NCBI GenBank assembly: GCA_028685755.1 | Contig: JAQUDJ010000005.1 | Span: 47,237 to 111,236, forward strand | Direction of reading: 5' to 3' | Length of the DNA: 64,000 nucleotides | From: Eubacteriales bacterium | GTDB lineage: Bacteria > Bacillota > Clostridia > Saccharofermentanales > UBA5734 | In this document: piece after piece, positions 7,914-16,418 of the stretch | Layout of the letters: each line of letters opens with the position of its first letter | How positions within the stretch are numbered: position 1 is the first letter of the stretch | Translations under genes and position numbers: made by a program | The notes under the pieces: generated by a model | What the model saw: the letters and a program-made list of their open reading frames with translations, nothing else | Told to the model about the DNA's origin: nothing | Database searches by the model: none

Positions 7914-9516
7914 AAGCGTCTGGCAATTATGTTGGCCAAAAAGCACACAGCAACATGTGGTGCGCATCAGAAGTGTTCTGTTAGTTAGTGTAGTTTTAAT
8001 GGTCAGTTTACTTTCGGCTTGTTCGATTTCTGCCCAATCACAATTTCCTGAAATTTCTGGTGCAAATCAAATGGGCGTGGTGGATCAATCGACAATTCGT
8101 GCGATTGATCCCACTGCTGAATTAGGCGGTAACGATTCTACGCCCAATCCTGCCTTGATTACATCACCCACAACATTACGTGTTGCAGGTCCAATTACTA
8201 GCGAACACCTCAAGATCTTAGGTCGATATTTTGAACTGCTACAAAATGATGTCAGTACAATTGATGCCGAAAATATGCGTGGGGATCAAATTAGTTTAGA
8301 TTGGCTCAATGCGTATCAGGCTGATTTGCAGGTTCAAGCGATACCCCTGCCGCTCGATCAACCTATTGAAGCAGAACAGGCGGCACACTGGACAAAAACA
8401 AATAGTTGGCCAGATATCATCATTAGCAAGCAACTTATTGATCCCAAACTTGGCGCAAACCTTGTCGATTTAAATGCTTTTCTCGCAAATAATCCAAACT
8501 ATGTAGCTACTGCATTTTCGCCTCATGTTGTCAATCTCGTTCAAGAAACGGCCGGCCCCTTTTATTTGCCTTGGCGATTTAGCTATCCAGTCCTTTATCG
8601 GGACCAGACAGTCTTGTCGCGACTGGACTTTGATCCCAAAATCGTTCTATCGGATTGGCCTGCCTTTACAGAACAACTGAATCATGTCAAAGCTGCCTTA
8701 ATCGAAAAAGATCAACTCATGTCAAAAGAAATACTCACTACGAAATCGGCAACTATCGAATCGACAACAGGTGACCCCATCAACAAAACATTAGTATTGG
8801 GCCAAGCGAATCGGTTGCTCGAATTTTGGCCTGCCTATCGTAATAACCAACTCGGTTGGTCCACCTGGCAGAATAGTCAATTTCATTTTAATGATCCAGC
8901 GGTAATTGAAGCTGCATCCGTACTCAATACTTTACAAAAAGAAATGATAACTTTGTCCGAATTAGATGAACAGCTATATTTCGCACAATCTATTGAAGGA
9001 AATCCAATCGCAAACCATCAAGTTGCATATTGGATTGGACAGTCCAGCGACCTATCAGGCTGGCGCAAAATTTTAGGAGATCAAGTTCGTTTTGCCCCGT
9101 TACCACTTCAAAGTGGAGTTGGATCTGCGCGCAATCCGATTGAGATTGTATCGATTTCTGTCTCTGCGACTAGTCAGAATCGAGATTTGGCGATTCAATT
9201 TGCCGCATTTTTAGCTGCTGATGCGAATGCTAATCTCTTGCAAATTCGCCTTTCTGATCTGCCAGGCTATTTTCCGGTCAGCCAAGACCCATTTATTTGG
9301 GCTGAGGTTGCCCAACGTCATCCAGACGGTGATGATATAGAAAAATGGCCATCTTTACTCAATTATACGTATACTACTGGCGCATATTCGCGCACGGATT
9401 GGGCGACCCTTAATCAAGCGTTTTTTCAAAAACATGCGGATCAATTAGTACAAAGTACACGTCCTGAAAATATTTTAATTCAGATGCAAAATCAATTTGA
9501 GGTACAGGATGGCTAA
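7897..9516 (+). CDS. putative lipoprotein, distantly resembling family-1 extracellular solute-binding proteins
   Basis: Signal peptide with lipobox (LLSAC). Weak SBP_bac_1-like patterns (WPDIIIS, LPWRFSYPVLYRD). Overlaps the folA 3' end; the exact start is uncertain and there is no obvious SD. Confidence 0.5.
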   Translation: MNSHYKSVWQLCWPKSTQQHVVRIRSVLLVSVVLMVSLLSACSISAQSQFPEISGANQMGVVDQSTIRAIDPTAELGGNDSTPNPALITSPTTLRVAGPITSEHLKILGRYFELLQNDVSTIDAENMRGDQISLDWLNAYQADLQVQAIPLPLDQPIEAEQAAHWTKTNSWPDIIISKQLIDPKLGANLVDLNAFLANNPNYVATAFSPHVVNLVQETAGPFYLPWRFSYPVLYRDQTVLSRLDFDPKIVLSDWPAFTEQLNHVKAALIEKDQLMSKEILTTKSATIESTTGDPINKTLVLGQANRLLEFWPAYRNNQLGWSTWQNSQFHFNDPAVIEAASVLNTLQKEMITLSELDEQLYFAQSIEGNPIANHQVAYWIGQSSDLSGWRKILGDQVRFAPLPLQSGVGSARNPIEIVSISVSATSQNRDLAIQFAAFLAADANANLLQIRLSDLPGYFPVSQDPFIWAEVAQRHPDGDDIEKWPSLLNYTYTTGAYSRTDWATLNQAFFQKHADQLVQSTRPENILIQMQNQFEVQDG

Positions 9517-10054
9517 ACAACGGATTAATATTGTTACACCGCTAAATGACCTCTATGATGCAATCATTAGCTTTCAGGCAGGCGCTATACACGTACGCGC
9601 CAATCAACAAGCAATTGTTGCGATTGAATTTGTCAGCCGTGATTTTCCAGGCGCCGCAAGACCAGGACATCAAATGATTATCGATGACGCCCCCCCTGTT
9701 TTGATTGAGGCATGTAAGCAGTTTCGAGAATATTTTGATCGAAAGCGCTTTGAATTTGATTTGCCACTTGAATTGCGAGTCGGCAGTGATTTCCAGAAAA
9801 AAGTCTGGACGCAACTTGCTAAAATTCCCTACGGAGCAACATGGTCTTATGAAGAACTTGCCATGCAAATCGTAAAGCCTGAACAAACAGCCCATCAAAT
9901 GGCCCGCGCAGTAGGTGCTGCATGTGCGGCTAACCCTTTACCGATCGTAGTGCCGTGCCACCGCGTAATTGGCAAAAATGGTCGTTTGGTCGGTTTTGCG
10001 GGCGGAATTGAATTGAAAGCCTATTTACTTAATTTAGAAATGCTTGGCATATAA
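9509..10054 (+). CDS. ogt: methylated-DNA--protein-cysteine methyltransferase
   Basis: Active-site PCHRVIG plus FQ..VW..L..IPYG.T.SY. The ATG at 9509 follows GAGGT; the track start is a TTG at 9497. Confidence 0.85.
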   Translation: MAKQRINIVTPLNDLYDAIISFQAGAIHVRANQQAIVAIEFVSRDFPGAARPGHQMIIDDAPPVLIEACKQFREYFDRKRFEFDLPLELRVGSDFQKKVWTQLAKIPYGATWSYEELAMQIVKPEQTAHQMARAVGAACAANPLPIVVPCHRVIGKNGRLVGFAGGIELKAYLLNLEMLGI

Positions 10055-10064
10055 GGAGATCATC

Positions 10065-10742
10065 ATGACAGGACATCCAGAAGACGTAATTAATAAAAAT
10101 GAAAAAATTAGTTTAAAACCGTCAACTTTATTAACCCCTGTGCCCGTTGTATTGATTTCATGTCAAGGCAATCCAGATGGTGCACAGCCAAAACCCAATC
10201 TCATCACGGTCGCATGGGCAGGAACGATCAATTCAGAGCCGCCGATGGTTTCGATATCTGTGCGTAAATCGCGATACTCGCATGCTCAAATCATGGAAAC
10301 ACGAGAATTTGTCGTTAATTTAGTTGATCAAAATTTATTACAAGCGACAGACTTCTGTGGTGTTAAATCCGGTCAATCCATCGATAAATTTGCAGCTTGC
10401 CAATTGACTCCGATTGTCGCTGAAAAAATGCAAATCGCCCCAGCTGTTGCAGAGAGCCCTTTAACGTTATCTTGTCACGTGACACAAGTGATCGAATTAC
10501 CGTCGCATGATCTTTTTCTTGCAGAAATTATCGCTGTCCAAGTTCGCCCCAATTTATTTGATCGAGAAAACCGACTTCGCTTAGATCGTGCTAAATTAGT
10601 CGCATATGCGCACGGTGATTACTATAGCCTCGGCCAGCAATTAGGATTTTTTGGCTATTCAATCGCAAGACCAGAGGTGCTCCAAAAGCGAATGAACAGG
10701 ACTATATCAAAAACAACCAAAAAAAATCCCCACCGACGTTAA
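10065..10742 (+). CDS. flavin reductase-like (FMN-binding split-barrel) protein
   Basis: PVPVVLIS....PNLITVAW.G.INSEPPMVSISVRKSRYSH..I....EFVVNL is typical of the flavin reductase family. The ATG at 10065 follows AAGGAG. Confidence 0.7.
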   Translation: MTGHPEDVINKNEKISLKPSTLLTPVPVVLISCQGNPDGAQPKPNLITVAWAGTINSEPPMVSISVRKSRYSHAQIMETREFVVNLVDQNLLQATDFCGVKSGQSIDKFAACQLTPIVAEKMQIAPAVAESPLTLSCHVTQVIELPSHDLFLAEIIAVQVRPNLFDRENRLRLDRAKLVAYAHGDYYSLGQQLGFFGYSIARPEVLQKRMNRTISKTTKKNPHRR

Positions 10743-10757
10743 CGGCAGGGATTTTTT
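10722..10757. terminator. bidirectional terminator between convergent flavin reductase and pfk genes
   Basis: AAAAATCCC..CCG-loop-CGG..GGGATTTTT hairpin flanked by an A-run and a T-run. Confidence 0.65.
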
Positions 10758-10778
10758 AAACATTAAAGTTATTTTAAA

Positions 10779-12026
10779 TTAGACTTTTGGCACGAGAACC
10801 TTTTTCAATTTGGCAAAACGTGGCAGACCATCTTCAATTGCGATTTTAGATTCACCTTGAATGAGTGGCAAGGCATATTCGACAAATTTTTCATTGACGA
10901 AATTTCCTTCGGCATTAATCCATTCACGGGGGACAATTTTTTCAGTGTTAGCAACATCATTGAGCGGAATCAATTTGATTTCGCATTTGTAATCGCCAGT
11001 TTCAGGACGTTGGAAGCCAACCATGTAGTCGGTCATCCCATCAATGGCAATACGGACCGCAGTCTGCCCAGACAGGAAAGATTCTTCAACATCTTGTTTA
11101 GAAGCGAGGTGTGCGGCACAGCGCTGCATCAAGGACAATTCAATGCCACGAACTTTGCAACCGAGTTTTTCCTTGATGTAATTTGCGAGAACAGGTGCAG
11201 TGCCCCCCATTTGTTTGTGGCCGAAGGCATCAACAGATACTTCGCCGACTAGTTCTGGAATATATTGGCCATCTGAAGTTTTGACGCCTTCAGATACGGC
11301 AACGATGACTTTCTTTTCTTTATCGTATACTTTTTTGACATCGGCCATCATTTTATCGAGATCAAAGTCGATTTCCGGGAGATAAATCAGATCCGGACCT
11401 TGACCTTTATGTGCAGCCAGGACCGATGCAGCGGTAAGCCAGCCTGCATTGCGGCCCATGATTTCAATGACGGTTACCATACCGCTGTCATAGACGCGAG
11501 CATCAAGGTAAACTTCCATAATCGTTGTGGCGATGTATTTAGCAGCTGAAGCAAAACCAGGGCAATGGTCCGTCCCGAACAAATCATTGTCGATCGTCTT
11601 AGGAACGCCGATGACACGACATTCATAACCGGACTTGGCAATAAATTTCGAAATTTTATTACAGGTGTCCATGGAGTCATTTCCACCATTGTAGAAGAAG
11701 TAGCGGATGTTATATTTTTTGAAGACTTCAAGGATACGCTTGTAATCCGTATCATCAACTTCTGGTTTAGCGAGTTTATAACGGCAAGATCCGAGTGCAG
11801 AAGAAGGTGTTGTCTTTAACAGTTCAAGTTCTGCTGGATCTTCTTGTCCAATGTCGTAAAACTTTTCATTGAGAATGCCAACGATACCATTTGCTGCGCC
11901 GTAAACTTTTTCAATGACGCCAGTTTGTTTGAGGGCTTCTGTAAAGACACCTGCAGCACTGGCGTTGATAACTGAAGTTGGACCGCCGGACTGACCGAAG
12001 ATCGCATTGCCGATCAATTTGCTCAT
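10779..12026 (-). CDS. pfp: 6-phosphofructokinase, 415-aa PfkA-family enzyme, probably the pyrophosphate-dependent type
   Basis: N-terminal GQSGGPTSVINAS, then GGNDS, PKTIDND and MGR.AGW motifs. Length and N-terminus resemble PPi-PFKs. Phosphoryl-donor specificity cannot be proven from sequence alone. Confidence 0.75.
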   Translation of the reverse strand: MSKLIGNAIFGQSGGPTSVINASAAGVFTEALKQTGVIEKVYGAANGIVGILNEKFYDIGQEDPAELELLKTTPSSALGSCRYKLAKPEVDDTDYKRILEVFKKYNIRYFFYNGGNDSMDTCNKISKFIAKSGYECRVIGVPKTIDNDLFGTDHCPGFASAAKYIATTIMEVYLDARVYDSGMVTVIEIMGRNAGWLTAASVLAAHKGQGPDLIYLPEIDFDLDKMMADVKKVYDKEKKVIVAVSEGVKTSDGQYIPELVGEVSVDAFGHKQMGGTAPVLANYIKEKLGCKVRGIELSLMQRCAAHLASKQDVEESFLSGQTAVRIAIDGMTDYMVGFQRPETGDYKCEIKLIPLNDVANTEKIVPREWINAEGNFVNEKFVEYALPLIQGESKIAIEDGLPRFAKLKKVLVPKV

Positions 12027-12131
12027 TTAATTATCCTCCTGTGGGCTCCGGTTTCCTATCGAAGCCAATAAATACCGCAATAATTTTAACATGAGGGGAG
12101 GCTCAAAACAAGTTTAAACGCGTGATTGAAT

Positions 12132-12164
12132 GGGAGAACGTGAGGAACGGGAGGAACGGGAGGG
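12132..12164. repeat. short tandem repeat, about 3.5 copies of a 9-mer (GAGGAACGG)
   Basis: Read directly: GAGAACGT GAGGAACGG GAGGAACGG GAGGG. On the transcribed (minus) strand this reads as repeated CCUCC(C)GUU. Confidence 0.8.
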
Positions 12165-12176
12165 TAATTCGTTTGG

Positions 12177-12767
12177 TTAAACAGTACGGGTGTCATTTGT
12201 ATGATATTCATCCCGCAAGAGACCAAAAATCAACATGTCACGAAATTCCCCAGATCGTCTGACATGGCGGCGCAGAACACCTTCTTGGGTGAAACCAACT
12301 TTTGAAAAAAGCTTAACAGACGGTTCATTGCCACGGATGATCCGGCACCATATTCGATTTAAATTCAATTCACCAAATGCAAACTCAATTAAAAGGCGCA
12401 AACCTTCTTCTGCTAGGCCTTGCCCGCGCAAGAGCTGATTTGTGATGGCCACGCCAATTTCGGCATGACCATTGGCAAGGTCGAGTCCGTCCAGATTGAC
12501 AAGTCCACAGATTTTATTCTCATGACGTAAGGCAAAAACATAATTTGTATCACCGTCGTCCCATTCCTGAAGCATTAGTCTTAATTGTGGCTCATTCATT
12601 GGCCGAACTGTTGTTGGCAAATAATATCGCAAAACTGAAATATCTTGAAAAAAAGGAAGTAAATCATGAATATCTTGGCTTGAAAAGGCAGTTAAATGCA
12701 ATCTTTTCCCGGCAAGAGGCAATTTTTCAGTAATTTCTAATTCAGCAGAGTGAGGTGACTGCGTCAT
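12177..12767 (-). CDS. GNAT-family N-acetyltransferase (RimJ/RimL-like)
   Basis: 196 aa with acetyl-CoA-binding motif A (LRGQGLAEEGLRLLIEFAF) and the RimJ/L-like pattern N.PS.KLF.K.GF..EG.LR. Confidence 0.75.
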   Translation of the reverse strand: MTQSPHSAELEITEKLPLAGKRLHLTAFSSQDIHDLLPFFQDISVLRYYLPTTVRPMNEPQLRLMLQEWDDGDTNYVFALRHENKICGLVNLDGLDLANGHAEIGVAITNQLLRGQGLAEEGLRLLIEFAFGELNLNRIWCRIIRGNEPSVKLFSKVGFTQEGVLRRHVRRSGEFRDMLIFGLLRDEYHTNDTRTV

Positions 12768-12872
12768 TTAGTTTGGCCTCCACGTATTGATAAATCAATT
12801 TTATTTTAGTATATCGAAAAAATTGAAATGCGCGAGAAAACATTTAAAGTGAAATATTTCGACAAAGTGTAC

Positions 12873-12901
12873 TTGACAAGGGTTACAGGGATACATATAA
12901 T
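12873..12901 (+). promoter_or_regulatory. consensus promoter for the tRNA-His/Gln/Lys unit
   Basis: TTGACA, 17-nt spacer, TATAAT (both hexamers perfect), 35 nt upstream of tRNA-His. Confidence 0.75.
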
Positions 12902-12935
12902 TCTCTTCGTGCCACGGCAACCGGGTTAAAGACTT

Positions 12936-13013
12936 GGTGGGATTAGCTCAGTTGGTTAGAGTGCCAGATTGTGGCTCTGGAGGTCGTGGGTTCGATTCCC
13001 ATATCCCACCCCA
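12936..13013 (+). tRNA. tRNA-His (anticodon GTG) with encoded G-1 and CCA
   Basis: Cloverleaf folded by hand. The extra 5' G pairs with discriminator C73, the His hallmark. Anticodon loop TTGTGGC. Confidence 0.9.
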
Positions 13014-13061
13014 TAAACCCCTTTTTACCGGCTAGGCGCCGTTGCACCAGTTTCATATCGG

Positions 13062-13136
13062 TGGGGTGTCGCCAAGCGGTAAGGCACGGGACTTTGACTC
13101 CCGCACTCGTAGGTTCAAATCCTGCCACCCCAGCCA
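13062..13136 (+). tRNA. tRNA-Gln (anticodon TTG), CCA encoded
   Basis: Acceptor TGGGGTG/CACCCCA, anticodon stem CGGGA/TCCCG with loop CTTTGAC, T-loop GGTTCAAATCC. Confidence 0.9.
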
Positions 13137-13139
13137 TTT

Positions 13140-13215
13140 GATCCGCTAGCTCAGTTGGTAGAGCACCTGACTTTTAATCAGGGGGTCCGGAGTTCGAGCC
13201 TCCGGCGGATCACCA
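13140..13215 (+). tRNA. tRNA-Lys (anticodon TTT), CCA encoded
   Basis: Acceptor GATCCGC/GCGGATC, anticodon stem CCTGA/TCAGG with loop CTTTTAA, T-loop GTTCGAGCC. Confidence 0.9.
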
Positions 13216-13219
13216 GAAG

Positions 13220-13253
13220 AACCTTACAGCCAGTGCGGTTGTAAGGTTTTTTT
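13220..13253 (+). terminator. intrinsic terminator after tRNA-Lys
   Basis: AACCTTACA/TGTAAGGTT hairpin followed by TTTTTTT. Confidence 0.75.
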
Positions 13254-13276
13254 ATCTAAAGTCGTGCGAGGATATT

Positions 13277-13999
13277 ATGATTAAATTTGATTGTCATGTA
13301 CACACCGTCGCCAGTGGCCATGCCTTTGGTACGATAGAAGAAATAGCCGGATATTGCAGGCGCAAAGGCCTCGAAGGTTTTGTTTTAACCGATCATGGAC
13401 CTGCAATCCCTGGTTCAGCGAATGATCTTTATTTTAGTGCAATCAAACTTGTACCGCGTGAACTCGATGGTGTTCAATTGTTGCGTGGCGTTGAAGCCAA
13501 TATTATGGATTATAATGGCTCTTTAGATTTGCCAGACCGAGCCCTTCGCCAACTCGATGTCGTAATCGCTAGCTTTCACGATGTGATTATTGAATCATCA
13601 ACGATTGAAAATCATACCAAGGCATTGCTTTCGCTGGCGCATAACCCGCTTGTTGATATTTTAGGGCACACAGGAAGAGGACCGTACCGTTTTGATATTC
13701 CAACCGTCTTACAAGCGTGCAAAGATACGGGGACGCTTGTGGAAGTCAACCAATGGACGCTAAAGGGCGACCCCAATAACCAAGCGTGTATGGAAATAGC
13801 CAAAGCCTGCAAAGCGCTACAAGTTCCAATTGTCATCAACAGTGATGCCCATACAGCCGATGCCGTCGGCCGTGTTGATTTATCCCTTGAATTACTTCAA
13901 TCCATTGACTTTCCGGAAGATCTCATCATGAATCGGACGGCAAAAGTATTCAAAACGCATATAAAACAAAAAAAGCCGTGGCTAGATTTTGAAATATAA
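13277..13999 (+). CDS. PHP-domain phosphoesterase (YcdX-like)
   Basis: N-terminal DCHVHTVASGHA plus later TDHGP, GVEANI, ASFH, LGH, NSDAH metal-ligand motifs of the PHP family. Confidence 0.75.
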   Translation: MIKFDCHVHTVASGHAFGTIEEIAGYCRRKGLEGFVLTDHGPAIPGSANDLYFSAIKLVPRELDGVQLLRGVEANIMDYNGSLDLPDRALRQLDVVIASFHDVIIESSTIENHTKALLSLAHNPLVDILGHTGRGPYRFDIPTVLQACKDTGTLVEVNQWTLKGDPNNQACMEIAKACKALQVPIVINSDAHTADAVGRVDLSLELLQSIDFPEDLIMNRTAKVFKTHIKQKKPWLDFEI

Positions 14000-14054
14000 T
14001 TCAACTTTATTTGCAAATATTTAAAGAATTCTACTAGCTGGCGTCGATTATGTG

Positions 14055-14083
14055 TGGACAAAAAATTAGCGTTGCGGTAAAAT
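14055..14083 (+). promoter_or_regulatory. putative promoter for tRNA-Gly/Arg
   Basis: TGGACA, 17-nt spacer, TAAAAT, 28 nt upstream of tRNA-Gly. Confidence 0.45.
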
Positions 14084-14111
14084 CAACGGGCAGATTGGCT
14101 GATTGACACGT

Positions 14112-14185
<74 letters not shown>

Positions 14186-14200
14186 AATCTCCCTTTTGCT

Positions 14201-14223
14201 GGCGGCATCTTGCCGCCATTTTT
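14201..14223 (+). terminator. terminator-like GC hairpin plus T-run between tRNA-Gly and tRNA-Arg
   Basis: GGCGGC-ATCTT-GCCGCC followed by ATTTTT, only 4 nt before tRNA-Arg. Confidence 0.45.
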
Positions 14224-14227
14224 ACAG

Positions 14228-14304
14228 GGGTCTATAGCTCAGTTGGATAGAGCAACAGCCTTCTAAGCTGTGGGTCGGAGGTTCGAATCCTCCTAGGCTC
14301 GCCA
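14228..14304 (+). tRNA. tRNA-Arg (anticodon TCT), CCA encoded
   Basis: Acceptor GGGTCTA/TAGGCTC (two G-U pairs), anticodon stem ACAGC/GCTGT with loop CTTCTAA, T-loop GGTTCGAATCC. Confidence 0.85.
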
Positions 14305-14305
14305 G

Positions 14306-14334
14306 AACCGCTTCCGCATAGGGGCGGTTTTTTA
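14306..14334 (+). terminator. intrinsic terminator after tRNA-Arg
   Basis: ACCGCTT/GGGGCGGT hairpin followed by TTTTTT. Confidence 0.65.
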
Positions 14335-14421
14335 TATAATGGTGAGGATTATTGTGTCTTATAAAACATAATGCATATTAATGTTAAATACTATTATCAA
14401 CTAGGCTCCACAAGGAGATTT

Positions 14422-16407
14422 ATGACAAAAGCCAAAGCATATGACAATACTAGTATTTCGTCGTTGAAAGGTGCCGACCGCGTACGTTTACGTCCCGGGG
14501 TTATTTTTGGTTCAGATGATTTGGAAGGGTGTAAACACTCTTTCTTTGAAATACTCTCAAACTCGATTGATGAAGCCCGTGAGGGGCATGGTGATTCGGT
14601 CGAGGTGAAGCGATACCGCGACGGTACATTGGAAGTGCGTGACTATGGTCGCGGCATTCCGCTCGATTTTAATGAAAAAGAAGGGCGGTATAATTGGGAG
14701 CTCGTTTATTGCGAACTTTATGCGGGTGGCAAGTATAACAACATCAGCGGCGATCATTATGAATTTAGTTTAGGATTAAATGGTCTAGGCGCTTGTGCCA
14801 CCCAATACGCTTCGGAATACTTTGATGTGAGTGTCGTTCGCGATGGCAATCGCTATGATATTCATTTTGAAAAAGGCGAGAACATCGGCGGTTTAACAAA
14901 AACTCCAGTTCGTCAAAAGCAAACGGGAACGATCCAAAAATGGAAACCTGATCGAGCTGTTTTTACCGATATTTTGATCCCACTAGATTATTTCCGCCAA
15001 GTCTTAAAACGTCAGGCCATTGTGAATGCTGGGGTAACCTTTAAATTGACGGACGAAGAGACGGGTGAAACAGAAGTTTTTTTCTATCCGGAAGGAATTT
15101 TAGGGTTTGTCCGGGAACTTGACGCGGAGAAGGGCATTTCAAGTCCGCTTTTCTTTGAAGGTAGTGGAAAAGGTCGGGATCGCTCGGATAAGCCTGACTA
15201 CAAGGTTAAAGCATCCATTGCGATGTGCTTCAATAATGAAGTCAACCTCGTGGAGTATTATCATAATTCGAGTTGGTTAGAGTACGGCGGGTCACCTGAT
15301 AAATCTGTGCGCACCTCGTTGGTAGCTGAGTTTGATCGCCAAGCCAAACTACAAGATAAATATAAAAATAATGAAGCAAAGATAACCTTTGCAGATATCG
15401 AAGACTCATTGATTATCGTGACCAATTCATTTTCGACGCAAACGAGTTATGAAAACCAAACCAAAAAAGCGATTAACAACAAATATATCCAAGAATTTTT
15501 AACCGATTTGCTGCGTAGTCGATTAGAAATATGGTTTATTGAGAACAAATTAGAAGCGGGTAGGGTCCTTGAGCAAGTTCTCGTCAACAAACGTAGCCGT
15601 GAGAGTGCTGAAAAACAGCGACTGAACATTAAAAAGAAACTCATGGGCAATGTTGACTTGCTAAACCGGGTCAAAAAATTTGTCGACTGTCGCACTCGTG
15701 ATACCGAACGCCGCGAACTTTATATTGTTGAAGGTGATTCCGCTTTAGGTTCCTGCAAAATGGGTCGTGATGCTGAATTTCAGGCGATCATGCCGGTTCG
15801 TGGCAAAATCCTCAACTGTCTCAAAGCTGATTACGAAGCTATTTTTAAAAATGAAATTATTGTTGATTTGATCAAAGTCCTCGGTTGTGGGGTAGAAATT
15901 CAATCGCGCCACAATAAAGACTTATCCTCATTTGACCTCGCGGGCTTGCGCTGGGACAAAATTATTATCTGCACGGATGCTGATGTTGATGGCTTTCAAA
16001 TTCGCACGTTGATCTTGGCGATGCTTTATCGCTTAGCTCCGACTTTAATCGAAAAAGAAAAAGTCTTTATCGCTGAATCGCCGCTCTTTGAAATTACCCA
16101 CCGCGTCAAACGCGAAGAAAAGGCCTATTTTGCTTATAATGAAAAAGAAAAAAGTGATATTCTAGCTACGCTTGGCGCCGATAAATGTTCAATTCAGCGA
16201 TCCAAAGGGCTTGGTGAGAATGAGCCTGAAATGATGTGGCTGACAACCATGAATCCAGAAACGAGACGTCTAATTCAAGTATTGCCCGATGCTTCAGAAG
16301 CGATGATCGAAACATTTGATCTTTTGCTTGGCGATAACTTAGCTGGTCGCAAATATTTTATCGAACAAAATGGCCATAAATTTCTCGATATGCTTGATAT
16401 CGGATAA
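14422..16407 (+). CDS. parE: type IIA topoisomerase subunit B (ParE/GyrB family; probably topoisomerase IV)
   Basis: GHKL ATPase N-terminus (LRPGVIFGS..F.EILSNSIDEA), Toprim EL.IVEGDSA..S and PVRGKILN, DADVDG. The ATG at 14422 follows AAGGAG; the track start at 14371 adds 17 unlikely residues. Confidence 0.8.
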   Translation: MTKAKAYDNTSISSLKGADRVRLRPGVIFGSDDLEGCKHSFFEILSNSIDEAREGHGDSVEVKRYRDGTLEVRDYGRGIPLDFNEKEGRYNWELVYCELYAGGKYNNISGDHYEFSLGLNGLGACATQYASEYFDVSVVRDGNRYDIHFEKGENIGGLTKTPVRQKQTGTIQKWKPDRAVFTDILIPLDYFRQVLKRQAIVNAGVTFKLTDEETGETEVFFYPEGILGFVRELDAEKGISSPLFFEGSGKGRDRSDKPDYKVKASIAMCFNNEVNLVEYYHNSSWLEYGGSPDKSVRTSLVAEFDRQAKLQDKYKNNEAKITFADIEDSLIIVTNSFSTQTSYENQTKKAINNKYIQEFLTDLLRSRLEIWFIENKLEAGRVLEQVLVNKRSRESAEKQRLNIKKKLMGNVDLLNRVKKFVDCRTRDTERRELYIVEGDSALGSCKMGRDAEFQAIMPVRGKILNCLKADYEAIFKNEIIVDLIKVLGCGVEIQSRHNKDLSSFDLAGLRWDKIIICTDADVDGFQIRTLILAMLYRLAPTLIEKEKVFIAESPLFEITHRVKREEKAYFAYNEKEKSDILATLGADKCSIQRSKGLGENEPEMMWLTTMNPETRRLIQVLPDASEAMIETFDLLLGDNLAGRKYFIEQNGHKFLDMLDIG

Positions 16408-16418
16408 GGACGAGTTAC

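Noticed and set aside
10857-11252. Long antisense ORFs inside well-supported genes: 131 aa opposite pfp. Also 58838-59224 opposite pyrD, 9542-9898 opposite ogt, 17315-17644 opposite parC and 29024-29374 opposite nadK/array B.
   Set aside because: They have no SD sequences and no recognisable motifs, and their composition is low-complexity or biased as expected from the reverse frame of a real gene. ORFs of this length are expected by chance in five non-coding frames over 64 kb.
12132-12164. Short tandem repeats (12132-12164, 2530-2555, 60317-60364) as possible CRISPR or minisatellite arrays; more generally, any mobile element or defence island.
   Set aside because: The units are 9-12 nt with no spacers, far below CRISPR repeat size. 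No cas, transposase, integrase, phage or toxin-antitoxin-like genes are recognisable anywhere in the window.
12943-13137. ORFs overlapping tRNA genes: 12943-13137, 14034-14219, 48045-48284, 49954-50148 and 50134-50388.
   Set aside because: They are translations of tRNA sequences or their complements. Each region folds into a canonical cloverleaf with encoded CCA, a promoter and a terminator.
15687-15703. GTCGACTGTCGCAC inside parE, resembling the GTCGAC...TGTCGCAC part of array B.
   Set aside because: It is coding sequence (VDCRT) with 7-bp rather than 10-bp box spacing. Single or irregular TGTCG occurrences are common because GTC-GAA/GAC codon pairs are frequent.
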